From the IMG/VR virus record IMGVR_UViG_3300050333_000073: DNA of 40,874 bases; one strand, 5' to 3'. The notes under the pieces are model-generated. The model searched no databases. It worked only from the letters and a program-made list of their open reading frames with translations, and was not told the DNA's origin. The position numbers were made by a program, and so were the translations under genes. Positions 8,282 to 16,520 of this stretch are shown one piece after another (the first letter of the stretch is position 1; each line of letters opens with the position of its first letter). This stretch comes from a virus.

Positions 8282-8605
8282 TCACTTGAAAATAACTATA
8301 ATTGATATAAAGGCTCCTATGAAGACTCCCACCATCATGAAGATGTATTTTGTATTGGTGTTGTCCCCTTCCTTGATTGCTGTCCAGATGAGGTTTAGTT
8401 TTTTGTCGATGTTTTCTATTGTATCGTCTTGTCTTTTGTTTAGTTTTTCCTGGTCTTTTTCTATCCTGTTTAGTCTTTCTTCTTGTTTACAAGGGTGTGG
8501 TTGTGTTTGGCTGCTATTTATGGGGGGTATGGGTTGGTAGTATGGGTTATCATCTTCCTTTTCTTCCTGGAAGGTTTCGGTAATTTTATCTGCTTGGGTT
8601 GGCAT
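8282..8605 (-). CDS. Tail-anchored membrane protein (107 aa)
   Basis: GAGGTGA SD. Hydrophilic coiled N-terminal part and a single C-terminal TM segment, IFMMVGVFIGAFISIIVIF. Confidence 0.5.
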   Translation of the reverse strand: MPTQADKITETFQEEKEDDNPYYQPIPPINSSQTQPHPCKQEERLNRIEKDQEKLNKRQDDTIENIDKKLNLIWTAIKEGDNTNTKYIFMMVGVFIGAFISIIVIFK

Positions 8606-8655
8606 ATGGTTATCACCTCACCCTTGGGTGTATAAAGTGGTGGGGTCATCTGTTC

Positions 8656-8856
8656 TTAGGCTGACTCTTCTTTGGTTTCGGTGGTTGTGCGGGGGTAATA
8701 TGCGTTGAAAACAACTATTAACAGTGGTATTAATGCCAGGAACTTAGTGTAGTAAGGTCCCATTAGTGGCTCTACCAGTGAGGGATCTGCTAGTATTGCT
8801 GCGAATATTATCATGGCTCCGCTTATTACGTATGTGCTTATTTTTCCATTGTCCAT
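8656..8856 (-). CDS. Small two-TM membrane protein (66 aa), holin-like by size and topology only
   Basis: AGGAGG SD. Two hydrophobic segments. Confidence 0.5.
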   Translation of the reverse strand: MDNGKISTYVISGAMIIFAAILADPSLVEPLMGPYYTKFLALIPLLIVVFNAYYPRTTTETKEESA

Positions 8857-8894
8857 GTTTTTTATTCCTCCTTTTAATGAAATAGGTTATAATA

Positions 8895-8972
8895 TTATCC
8901 TGATAGTAATTTTAATAAGATGAATAAGATTAAAATGGCTAAAGCTAATGTTACAAGTGTATCATCAGACAT
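8895..8972 (-). CDS. 25-aa hydrophobic peptide (MSDDTLVTLALAILILFILLKLLSG)
   Basis: Hand-translated. AGGTG lies upstream of the ATG. Below the length cutoff of the ORF track. Confidence 0.3.
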   Translation of the reverse strand: MSDDTLVTLALAILILFILLKLLSG

Positions 8973-8984
8973 TAGGGGCACCTA

Positions 8985-9110
8985 TCATTTTTTTTGTAGG
9001 TAATTTGATTCAAAATGAACCTCTTTATGTTTGGGACATTCCCATTTTTTGGTTTGTGGATTGAAAAAAAGGGAGAGGCCACAGTATCCACATCTACGGC
9101 CTTTCTTCAT
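8985..9110 (-). CDS. Zinc-ribbon mini-protein, copy A (41 aa, MKKGRRCGYCGLSLFFNPQTKKWECPKHKEVHFESNYLQKK)
   Basis: Hand-translated. Shows a CxxC...CPxH pattern. Shares a 59-bp exact repeat with 10200..10322. Confidence 0.5.
   Translation of the reverse strand: MKKGRRCGYCGLSLFFNPQTKKWECPKHKEVHFESNYLQKK
9034..9092. repeat. 59-bp exact direct repeat, copy A
   Basis: ggacattcccattttttggtttgtggattgaaaaaaagggagaggccacagtatccaca is identical at 10243..10301. Confidence 0.95.
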
Positions 9111-9117
9111 AGTATCA

Positions 9118-9222
9118 TCACTCACAGTATAGGTATGCTCCCAGGTAGGTCATGGGTTCCCATCTGTATTTTTTGTAGTTGAATTGTTCCATGAATCCGT
9201 ATGCGTTTGTTGTTGCAGCCAT
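9118..9222 (-). CDS. 34-aa hypothetical peptide
   Basis: Hand-translated (MAATTNAYGFMEQFNYKKYRWEPMTYLGAYLYCE). GGAGGT sits 7 nt before the ATG. Confidence 0.3.
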   Translation of the reverse strand: MAATTNAYGFMEQFNYKKYRWEPMTYLGAYLYCE

Positions 9223-9259
9223 ATCTTTTTACCTCCATCCTTATTTTAAAAAAATGGGT

Positions 9260-9676
9260 TTAGAAAAGAATCTCATTGGTTTGGAAGCATGCATGAGCTT
9301 TCTGCCATGGTGTGGGCTCTGGTTGAACTGTTTCCATTTTGGAAATAGTTGGTTCAGGTTCTGGATAATACTTGGTTAAACGGGCTCTGGCACCATGGCC
9401 GGCTTTATCATAACCATTAGTACCATCATAATCTGCATTACATACCGCACAGGTCCATTCCCCTTCATAAGTGCATTTAGGATTCCATAATAAACAATCC
9501 CTGTGTCCACATAGGGGGCAGTGATCAATCCATGTGTAGGTGCCACTTTCTCCGTAGTAGTATCCTGATTGCACTGCGTAATGTGTGACAGTATTTACTG
9601 CAAAAGAACAAGGCAAAACAAATAACGTAAATAATAAAAGTAGTATTGGTACTCGTTTAATTAAATCACTCTCCAT
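9260..9676 (-). CDS. Secreted cysteine-rich protein (alternative start at 9712)
   Basis: Signal-peptide-like N-terminus MESDLIKRVPILLLLFTLFVLPCSFA. Mature part has 8 Cys, including HCPLCGH and CAVC. Confidence 0.5.
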   Translation of the reverse strand: MESDLIKRVPILLLLFTLFVLPCSFAVNTVTHYAVQSGYYYGESGTYTWIDHCPLCGHRDCLLWNPKCTYEGEWTCAVCNADYDGTNGYDKAGHGARARLTKYYPEPEPTISKMETVQPEPTPWQKAHACFQTNEILF

Positions 9677-9766
9677 TTGTGTATTTATGGATTTATGGTT
9701 TTTGCATTGCAATTAACCAATATGCCACTATGCCACGGAGGTTTAAGGTCTAATAAAGACCTCTGA

Positions 9767-10231
9767 CTACATAATATCACCATAAATTGCTTCTAAAACC
9801 AAATCATGAACTAATTCAGCACTTAAAGGATCTTCAAATGATCCTAATGATTTTGCATGATTGTTATACTTAATGATAGAATACCAGCATTTCCTTTCGC
9901 AATGGACTCTTTTTTCTAAACGAACTCCTGTAAAATTAAACAGCCCTTTATTCCGCTGGATAACACTCATTTTTAAATTATGCTCTCGAGAACATTTCAT
10001 TCCAGTTCTAGATTTACTCATTTTTTTCCTAGTCTCTAAAGAAACATTCCTACCTTTTTGAGCTTCACTCATTTTTTTACGTGATTTTAGTGAGTGGGTT
10101 TTTCCCATGCGAGCCATACTCATTTTTTTACGAGTTTCAATGGAGTGTTTCTTACCATAAAAAGGATGATTTTCTCCTTTCATTATTTCGCTTAATTTTT
10201 TACGAGTTTCCACAGAATTCAAAATTAACAT
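9767..10231 (-). CDS. NUMOD3-repeat DNA-binding protein; homing-endonuclease remnant with no nuclease domain
   Basis: Repeated HPFYGKKHSxETRKKMS-type motifs. The C-terminus (GLFNFTGVRLEKR...GSFEDPLSAELVHDL) is paralogous to the GIY-YIG protein at 21403..22317. No GIY-YIG or HNH motifs are present. Confidence 0.6.
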   Translation of the reverse strand: MLILNSVETRKKLSEIMKGENHPFYGKKHSIETRKKMSMARMGKTHSLKSRKKMSEAQKGRNVSLETRKKMSKSRTGMKCSREHNLKMSVIQRNKGLFNFTGVRLEKRVHCERKCWYSIIKYNNHAKSLGSFEDPLSAELVHDLVLEAIYGDIM

Positions 10232-10322
10232 CCTTATGGATTGGACATTCCCATTTTTTGGTTTGTGGATTGAAAAAAAGGGAGAGGCCACAGTATCCAC
10301 ACCGGCGACCCTTCTTTTTCAT
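10200..10322 (-). CDS. Zinc-ribbon mini-protein, copy B (40 aa), possibly a chimeric duplicate
   Basis: Hand-translated MKKKGRRCGYCGLSLFFNPQTKKWECPIHKDVNFEFCGNS. Its tail overlaps the start of the NUMOD3 gene in another frame. Confidence 0.4.
   Translation of the reverse strand: MKKKGRRCGYCGLSLFFNPQTKKWECPIHKDVNFEFCGNS
10243..10301. repeat. 59-bp exact direct repeat, copy B
   Basis: Identical to 9034..9092. Confidence 0.95.
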
Positions 10323-10327
10323 TTTTA

Positions 10328-11104
10328 TCACTTCGCAACTACAAAATCCATTAAAGTCTGTTGTTTACGTTGTTCAACCTGTAAGGTTTCAGCTGTTGCC
10401 ATCCGTTCCCTTATTATATTGCAGTAATCATGCTCCTTTTCAATAAGGATACAGTTACGGTTTAGGTTTTGACAAGCCACCCCGGTTGTACCACTGCCGG
10501 CACAATTATCAAGTACAAGGTCATTCTCGTTGGTGTAGGTTTTTATTAAGTATTCAAAGAGTGCCACTGGCTTTTGAGTTGGGTGTAAACCAGTTTCATT
10601 ATTAAAATTCAAAATGGATGTAGGATAACGACTTCCATCATTCTCAGTAACCCATCCTGCCACTTCTTTACCTTGTTTTTCTCCCATGAAGTATCCGCCA
10701 AAAGCTCTTTTGGCGGAGTAAGGAGTTCCTTCTGTCTTTTGTGGGTTGTATTGTGGGAGTTTATCATAAAAGATTAAAATGTTCTCATGCCTTTTTAATG
10801 GCATTTTGTTGGCTAATAAGAATCCTCCACCATTGGATTTCTCCCATATCCATTCATAACGGAACATGTCATAATTACTACTAATCAAACGAGTTGTAAA
10901 CGGTTGACTGGCTGTTAGTACAATAGCCCCATGGGGTTTAATCAATCGTTTATATTCAAGCCATAAATCCTCTAATGGTAAGATTGTATCCCATTTACAG
11001 GCTGTTGTACCATACGGAAGATCACAGAGTATCATATCCACTGATTCATCCTCAATCTCTGGGAAGACGTTAAAGCAGTCGTCCTCGTAGAGTTTCCATG
11101 ACAT
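10328..11104 (-). CDS. DNA methyltransferase (N6-adenine/N4-cytosine, beta-class motif order), orphan
   Basis: A DPPY-type motif (ILCDLPYGT) lies near the N-terminus and an AdoMet motif (DNCAGSGTTGVA) near the C-terminus. No adjacent restriction gene. Confidence 0.85.
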   Translation of the reverse strand: MSWKLYEDDCFNVFPEIEDESVDMILCDLPYGTTACKWDTILPLEDLWLEYKRLIKPHGAIVLTASQPFTTRLISSNYDMFRYEWIWEKSNGGGFLLANKMPLKRHENILIFYDKLPQYNPQKTEGTPYSAKRAFGGYFMGEKQGKEVAGWVTENDGSRYPTSILNFNNETGLHPTQKPVALFEYLIKTYTNENDLVLDNCAGSGTTGVACQNLNRNCILIEKEHDYCNIIRERMATAETLQVEQRKQQTLMDFVVAK

Positions 11105-11140
11105 TTTCGTAAACCTTTTTGACTACTGTATTTGACAACT

Positions 11141-11179
11141 AAAAAAAAGATGGTAAGGAACCAGTTTGCAGACTGGTTC
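11141..11179 (-). terminator. Hairpin plus T8 terminator after the HNH gene
   Basis: Stem gaaccagt/actggttc (11158..11165 / 11172..11179), followed on the minus strand by a T8 run. Confidence 0.6.
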
Positions 11180-11227
11180 GGAACCTGAATGATAGAATAT
11201 ACAATTTAAAAAAATTAGTTTAATATA

Positions 11228-11707
11228 TTAAATTAATGAGGGTTCTTCTAATTTACTACATTCATTCTTATAGGCTTCATAAGCTTCCTCTTCCGTTTCA
11301 TAAAGCCCTAAAAATTTATTTTTGCCATTGATAGAAATACGTGCAACCCATTTGTTATGTGATTTATAAAAACTAACTCCAGGGTATTTAGAACTATATT
11401 TTGTTATTCTGTTTTGATGATTTTGGCGTGGAGTGACATACCTTAGATTAGAACGCCTATTATCTAATGTATCATGATTAATGTGGTCTATATGTAAATT
11501 TTTGGAAGAGTTCATTATCTCCCTGTGCATATAAATCATTTTACGTTTTTTATCTGAAGTTTCATGTGTTCCTGTAGTGCGAACAGCGTAGTAAGTTTTA
11601 GTTCCTTTATTCCAATGAATTGTCCATTTCCATTGGTTTAAATAATCATATACATTGTCATCAACTAAAGTGAATTTGTTTTTATTTAATTTGATTTTCT
11701 TAACCAT
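11228..11707 (-). CDS. HNH homing endonuclease with C-terminal AP2-like DNA-binding domain
   Basis: HIDHINHDTLDNRRSNLRYVTPRQN is an HNH_3-type motif. YPGVSFYKSHNKWVARISINGKNKFLGLYETEEEAYEAY is an AP2-type motif. Confidence 0.85.
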   Translation of the reverse strand: MVKKIKLNKNKFTLVDDNVYDYLNQWKWTIHWNKGTKTYYAVRTTGTHETSDKKRKMIYMHREIMNSSKNLHIDHINHDTLDNRRSNLRYVTPRQNHQNRITKYSSKYPGVSFYKSHNKWVARISINGKNKFLGLYETEEEAYEAYKNECSKLEEPSLI

Positions 11708-11710
11708 TCT

Positions 11711-11785
11711 TTAACTCCTATAGATTCACGCCCTTAACTCCTATTCAAATCGCCTAATGATAGGCGTGGTGAGGAGTGGAGTTAA
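11711..11785 (-). promoter_or_regulatory. Repeat-rich structured leader upstream of the HNH gene
   Basis: ttaactcctat occurs at 11711 and 11734, with an inverted ggagttaa at 11778. cacgcc/ggcgtg and cgccta/taggcg pairings overlap each other. The copy nearest the ATG contains the SD AGGAG. Confidence 0.4.
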
Positions 11786-11826
11786 GAATACTCCTCTCAC
11801 AAGATAATATATGATTTTAAAAGTAC

Positions 11827-11970
11827 TTAAATCTTTCTAATTGTTTTAAGTTGCTGGAAGGAAATAATACGTGTATAATCCTTGGTTATCCATTTGTGGA
11901 CTGCTGCTCCAACTCCTTGGATGGTCAGGAGTATAATAAAACAGAATATAGTAAATTTCTCAATTGTCAT
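11827..11970 (-). CDS. 47-aa membrane peptide
   Basis: Hand-translated MTIEKFTIFCFIILLTIQGVGAAVHKWITKDYTRIISFQQLKTIRKI. GGAG sits 4 nt before the ATG. Confidence 0.35.
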   Translation of the reverse strand: MTIEKFTIFCFIILLTIQGVGAAVHKWITKDYTRIISFQQLKTIRKI

Positions 11971-12174
11971 CAACTCCGTTTATGGTTTTTGTTTGGGGTT
12001 TTTCAGTTCACCGCATTGCTGGTTTTTACTGATAGCCACGGCCACTTTGGAGTTTAGGGTCATTTCTGACCAGATGGGTACATAATTATCACCTTTATTA
12101 AATTATATAAAAAGAGTAGTGTAGAATCCTTTTTGGCGTGGAAGAGGAGCAGATTAAAAACACCAACAAAGTTT

Positions 12175-12183
12175 GGGGGGGGG
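12175..12183. repeat. G9 homopolymer (followed by ttggg) in a gene-poor 600-bp stretch
   Basis: Read directly from the sequence. Confidence 0.9.
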
Positions 12184-12303
12184 TTGGGAACGTATTATTT
12201 ATTTTAAAACGTTGAATTTGTTTTATGATATATCGACTAAAATATTTTCCTCTATCCACTTTACCAGGGATCCTAGATATCTAAAATAGGTGAATGTGAA
12301 TTT

Positions 12304-13152
12304 TTATTTGTTTAAAATTTTTGTCCTGATTTTATGCTTCTCATAATACTGCCAGTATTCATGATTTAAAGGGTTATTCTCTGGTAGGTTCTGAGGGTCC
12401 TGTTCAAGTAGTGCCCCGGTTTCTCTCTGATATTTCTGGTATGCATTGTCATGGGCTTCTTTTACAACTTCTAAGGGTCGTGGTTGTTTTTTCTTCTGGT
12501 ACTTTTTGGTGAAATCAAGTGGTGGGAAGTCCTGGACCGTGGGTGCAATCTTTCGTATTGGGGTTAAATCGTATAGGGTGAAACCTGGGTGTAGTACTGG
12601 AGCTCCTATGACAAGGCCGCATTTAGGGTTTGAACAGACCAGTAATGCCCTTTCTACTAGGTTCTGTCTGTTCCCACACTCGGGACATTTTAAATTATTT
12701 TCTTTAAGGTATGCGGTGCTTAGGAAATAAAGGTCATCATAGGTTATGCCCTGATAAGACAATGAAGGTATAGGGGAATGTTCCCCTTCATTAGAAGTTG
12801 TAACGAAAGTCTCTTTTTTCATATCCTTGATAGATAAAGACAGATTAAAAAACTTTATAGGAACTCCCAAATAAGAAGGGTCGGGTTTTTCGTATTTCTT
12901 TTTAAATTTAGATTGTGTCCCAAGTTCTTTAGATATTTTAGGAAGAGTTCCTTCATTTTTGTATTTTTTTCTATATTCTCTTACCCGGTTTTTTCCTTTT
13001 TCTCTTATTGATTCGTGCCTGCACCATGCTGAGCAGTATAGTTTATTTGGTTGTTGTGTGAAGAATTGGTGATTGCACCCTTTCTTTAGTCCTCTGCAAT
13101 TCTTCAAATAAATTTTGGTATACTTTCCGGTTATTGTTTTGATTTTACCCAC
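12304..13152 (-). CDS. Zinc-ribbon protein with a TFB/TFIIB-like ribbon (GTG start)
   Basis: LKCPECGNRQNLVERALLVCSNPKCGLVIG resembles the TFB N-terminal Zn ribbon. A second Cys cluster (CNHQ...YCSAWCRH) lies at the N-terminus. The linker is basic. Confidence 0.5.
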   Translation of the reverse strand: MGKIKTITGKYTKIYLKNCRGLKKGCNHQFFTQQPNKLYCSAWCRHESIREKGKNRVREYRKKYKNEGTLPKISKELGTQSKFKKKYEKPDPSYLGVPIKFFNLSLSIKDMKKETFVTTSNEGEHSPIPSLSYQGITYDDLYFLSTAYLKENNLKCPECGNRQNLVERALLVCSNPKCGLVIGAPVLHPGFTLYDLTPIRKIAPTVQDFPPLDFTKKYQKKKQPRPLEVVKEAHDNAYQKYQRETGALLEQDPQNLPENNPLNHEYWQYYEKHKIRTKILNK

Positions 13153-13296
13153 GGCTCCCCTTTCTGTTGTATTAGTATAACAATACCTTATTATTTAAAG
13201 TTAATTATAAATACCAGATAGGATCATAATTATAACTCCACGGCTGGTTTCTTACAGATGAAAAAAATAAAAAAAGGAATATCCACTTTTCATTAT

Positions 13297-13437
13297 TTAA
13301 TCCCTCCTTGTTTTGTGTTTTGTATAAATAGCCTGCATTTCATCTTTAAACTCTTTTAATATCTTTTCCCCATACGCTTTCCATCCCATTTCTTTTTTTT
13401 GTTTGCGTTCGATGTAGTCTTTAAGAGATTCCCTCAT
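13297..13437 (-). CDS. 46-aa basic protein, translationally coupled (TAATG) to the upstream gene
   Basis: ATG 13437..13435 overlaps the TAA 13439..13437 of the preceding ORF. The longer 69-aa reading in the ORF track overlaps that gene by 70 nt. Confidence 0.45.
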   Translation of the reverse strand: MRESLKDYIERKQKKEMGWKAYGEKILKEFKDEMQAIYTKHKTRRD

Positions 13438-13862
13438 TAGATTGCCTCCCACGTGGTCCCATTCCATTGCTTGTTGAAGCAGGTTTCCATCACAAAACAA
13501 AGCCATAGGATATTCCAGTCCCCGGTTTCAAATATTTCAAAGTATGGTAAACCATGCTCAAACCTTTCATGCTGGTATCTGAAAGCATCCCATCGTTTGA
13601 ATTGGACATAACAGCAATCAAAGGATAGTTCTTTCTGTTCTTTGTAGATTTTTTGGAGGTCTTCCTGCCGAGGCAACCAAAATCCCATCTGTTTATAATG
13701 ATACCCAAACCTATTTTTTAACTCTTTATCAGCCATTGTAACTGGTTCTATCAACTTTTTTTTAACGTAGTAGATCATGTCTCCTTTTTTAGGTTCCCAT
13801 CTTTCCTGTATCTCAGTGGCTTCCTTACACATTTTTATAAAAGTTTCATCCATCCGTATCAC
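13437..13862 (-). CDS. Hypothetical protein (141 aa)
   Basis: Intact ORF in the operon series. No motif recognised. Confidence 0.55.
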   Translation of the reverse strand: MIRMDETFIKMCKEATEIQERWEPKKGDMIYYVKKKLIEPVTMADKELKNRFGYHYKQMGFWLPRQEDLQKIYKEQKELSFDCCYVQFKRWDAFRYQHERFEHGLPYFEIFETGDWNILWLCFVMETCFNKQWNGTTWEAI

Positions 13863-14515
13863 CTCTCAAAGTAATATTCCTTTATTGCAGTTGCTTTGCG
13901 TTCCCCTATCCCATCAACACTCATCAAATCCTCTTTGCTTATCGTACATAATTCTGGAATATTATCAACCCCCAATTCACCTATAATCCTTTTACTGTAC
14001 TCCAAACCAATCCCGGGGACTTGGTACAACGCCCCCACTAACACGGCTTCCTTTTCATTCGTTGCCCGTTTAACGTTCATAGGATGCGTATCAATGCCGT
14101 CACTTTTACTGAATATTCGTTTGCTGACCTCGAAGAACTCTCTATTGCTTTGGACTTTAAGGAATTTCATATTATATCGTGCCATGAGGCTGATGATTGC
14201 ACCCTTCCACATGGCTTCACTGAATCGTAGTTTGTCTTGGCGTGAAAGGTCATCATAGCCCCCAACAAGGATGATATAACTGGAGGCGTATGTATCTCGC
14301 ATTCTCCGGGCTTGTTGCCATAACCGACCATCACCATTACAATCACCCATCACGGACCCCACAAAATCAGGGGCTGTCTTTCTCTCTATACCTACGTTGT
14401 ATTCAGTGCAGGTAAGGTCAGCACTATCCAACCGCTCCACACTACCCTCTGGGTAAAACTCATGGAATAAATCCTTAATATGCTGAGGTTCGATAGAATC
14501 AAGGACTACGGACAT
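13859..14515 (-). CDS. ERCC4/XPF-Mus81-type structure-specific nuclease with C-terminal (HhH)2
   Basis: ADL...VGIERKTAPDFVGS matches the GDxnERKx3D signature. The C-terminal PGIGLEYSKRII...VDGIGERKATAI forms two helix-hairpin-helix motifs. AGGGGTGA SD precedes ATG 14515. Confidence 0.75.
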   Translation of the reverse strand: MSVVLDSIEPQHIKDLFHEFYPEGSVERLDSADLTCTEYNVGIERKTAPDFVGSVMGDCNGDGRLWQQARRMRDTYASSYIILVGGYDDLSRQDKLRFSEAMWKGAIISLMARYNMKFLKVQSNREFFEVSKRIFSKSDGIDTHPMNVKRATNEKEAVLVGALYQVPGIGLEYSKRIIGELGVDNIPELCTISKEDLMSVDGIGERKATAIKEYYFER

Positions 14516-14519
14516 ACTT

Positions 14520-14783
14520 TCACCCCTCTGGTGGATGGTCATCAACATACCTTGTTAACCCTTTACAAAATTCTACCCCATCAAACTGATTATATGTAAT
14601 CTTAACCGTACCAAATGGAGCGCTGTATTCTGGGATTGTGATATGGAACTTCTTATCATAATTGATTAAGGTGGTTAATGATTCCATGTGCCAGTTTATT
14701 AGTTCCTGTTTACGGTATTCGTTAATTTCGGATTCTAACATTCCTTTCATTTCGATTTTGCTTTTCAGTTTATCATTTTTCAT
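14520..14783 (-). CDS. Hypothetical protein (87 aa)
   Basis: AGGAGG SD. Intact ORF. Confidence 0.5.
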   Translation of the reverse strand: MKNDKLKSKIEMKGMLESEINEYRKQELINWHMESLTTLINYDKKFHITIPEYSAPFGTVKITYNQFDGVEFCKGLTRYVDDHPPEG

Positions 14784-14785
14784 GT

Positions 14786-15220
14786 TTATGATTCCTCCTT
14801 TTCCAATAACTCCGGACTCTCAAAACGATTACCAATCACTTCTACATCTGCCCTTGTTATTTTAGGGTTCGTAATGGTATCAAACCACTTTTTACCACTT
14901 TCAGTTTTACCTACAAAAGCAAAGGCCAAAGCTACGTACTCCACGACACCTTTAACCTCTTCTGTGTAGAATCGTGATGTCCCAAGTACTATGTCGGCCT
15001 CATAGATGGGTGTGCCCCGCTTATCATGCAAACCCGTAAACTCTACCAAAAAAGCCACTCCCACACTATCCGGTGGCATGTACTTGTCCGCAACAATAAC
15101 CCAACCATCCAAACCAAAAAGGTAAGCCTTTGCGGGGTGGTCATCGCCTTCTAGCCATTCTAGGCTTTGCACGTCCCACATTTTATTATTATACCATGCC
15201 CTGTATTTTATTTCCCTCAT
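14786..15220 (-). CDS. YopX-like protein
   Basis: The N-terminal MREIKYRAWYNNKMWDV pattern is characteristic of the YopX family. Confidence 0.55.
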   Translation of the reverse strand: MREIKYRAWYNNKMWDVQSLEWLEGDDHPAKAYLFGLDGWVIVADKYMPPDSVGVAFLVEFTGLHDKRGTPIYEADIVLGTSRFYTEEVKGVVEYVALAFAFVGKTESGKKWFDTITNPKITRADVEVIGNRFESPELLEKEES

Positions 15221-15235
15221 AAAACAAACCCCCCT

Positions 15236-16498
15236 TCACATTGATACCATTGCCTGGTAAACTTTCCCACTCATTTTCCTAAGCTCAGGATACATTTCAG
15301 CAAAACAACGCATCTTATCAGCCGGAGCCGCCTCTTCTCCAATCTCCTCATTCACCTTTTCAACAATCCCCCTTAACTCATTATCAATTTTAACCTTAGC
15401 AAAATGCTTACCAAGAACTGATAAAATCTTTTGGTTTGATTTAACATCTTTAACCATCTGTTCGGGGTATTCTTCTAATAATTCATCTTCAATAAACCTT
15501 AAAACAGTGTTACGGTCTGTTCTATAACTGTCTTCAAAGTCTGGGAAATACTCTTCACCTTTCATGACTGCCTTTTTAATATCATTGTGAGGAATACCAC
15601 AAGCGGCCTTAATATGCCCTTCCCTAACTGACAGGGCTTTACATTTAGCTAAGTGAGTTTCATCTATTCCATAATGCCATACAGCCCCTTCAGTGATTAT
15701 TCCTCCCTGGTGCTTGTCTTGGAAGTTCATATTTACCTTTTCAAAGAAGGTTTCAAGTTCATGGTATAGATTAAAGATTCCTTCTGGCTGCAATTTATTT
15801 CCTTTGGCTTCTAAGAGTGTTTCTTCTGGTAAAAACTCATTAAATCGGTTAATGTATTCTCTGGTTGCTTCGGCTTCCCAGTCCCCATCACTACTATAAA
15901 CCTCAAAACAATCCATAACTAAAGGTATTTTATAGCGGCAGGATAGGGTTAATAATGAATAATAAGGGATAGCCATTCCTTGATTTAAAGCACAAAGTAA
16001 AGTTAAATTCAATTCTGGAATATCTTGGTATTGGTACTGAGTTTCATGCTTGTTTAAAGTTCCATATAACTCATAAGCAAAACTTAACCCCTCTTGTTCA
16101 ACAATACTATAATATTGTGGTTTAATTACCTGTTCAATCTTATCCATCCAGTTCTGACCACAATCGGGCATTAAACGAGTCTTAAACAATACCTCCATAC
16201 AAGCCCCATCCTGGAGCAATGGGAACATCACAATATTAGTACCATCCTCTTTTTGCAGAACATGAGGCAATTCAGGCACATCACGGTCATCAAGATACTT
16301 AATTTTAGGCATACCTCTTACAAACTGCCATGAATCTTGACTATTTACAGTGTCAATAATCAAAGAACCCATATTACTACCTCGACTTTTACATATCCAG
16401 CCTTCCACTAGATTTTTATCCGGTGTTTCCATTTTAAAATGCTGTATATTTTTCCCACTTACACCAAACATTTCCGATGCTTTTTCTTTTTCAATCAT
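15236..16498 (-). CDS. ATP-dependent RNA-ligase-like nucleotidyltransferase (start moved to ATG 16498)
   Basis: Motif I KEDGTN (LQKEDGTNIVMF). Later ELYG, ITEGAVWH (EG motif) and AKCKA (KxK) in the expected order. GGAGGGG sits 7 nt before ATG 16498. Confidence 0.6.
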   Translation of the reverse strand: MIEKEKASEMFGVSGKNIQHFKMETPDKNLVEGWICKSRGSNMGSLIIDTVNSQDSWQFVRGMPKIKYLDDRDVPELPHVLQKEDGTNIVMFPLLQDGACMEVLFKTRLMPDCGQNWMDKIEQVIKPQYYSIVEQEGLSFAYELYGTLNKHETQYQYQDIPELNLTLLCALNQGMAIPYYSLLTLSCRYKIPLVMDCFEVYSSDGDWEAEATREYINRFNEFLPEETLLEAKGNKLQPEGIFNLYHELETFFEKVNMNFQDKHQGGIITEGAVWHYGIDETHLAKCKALSVREGHIKAACGIPHNDIKKAVMKGEEYFPDFEDSYRTDRNTVLRFIEDELLEEYPEQMVKDVKSNQKILSVLGKHFAKVKIDNELRGIVEKVNEEIGEEAAPADKMRCFAEMYPELRKMSGKVYQAMVSM

Positions 16499-16520
16499 TC
16501 CTAATCCCCTCCAAAGTTTT

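Noticed and set aside
13297-13506. 69-aa version of the ORF overlapping the end of 13437..13862 by 70 nt, or a frameshifted fusion of the two
   Set aside because: A TAATG stop-start overlap at 13437 gives a clean, coupled 46-aa gene. There is no slippery sequence or other evidence for a fusion.
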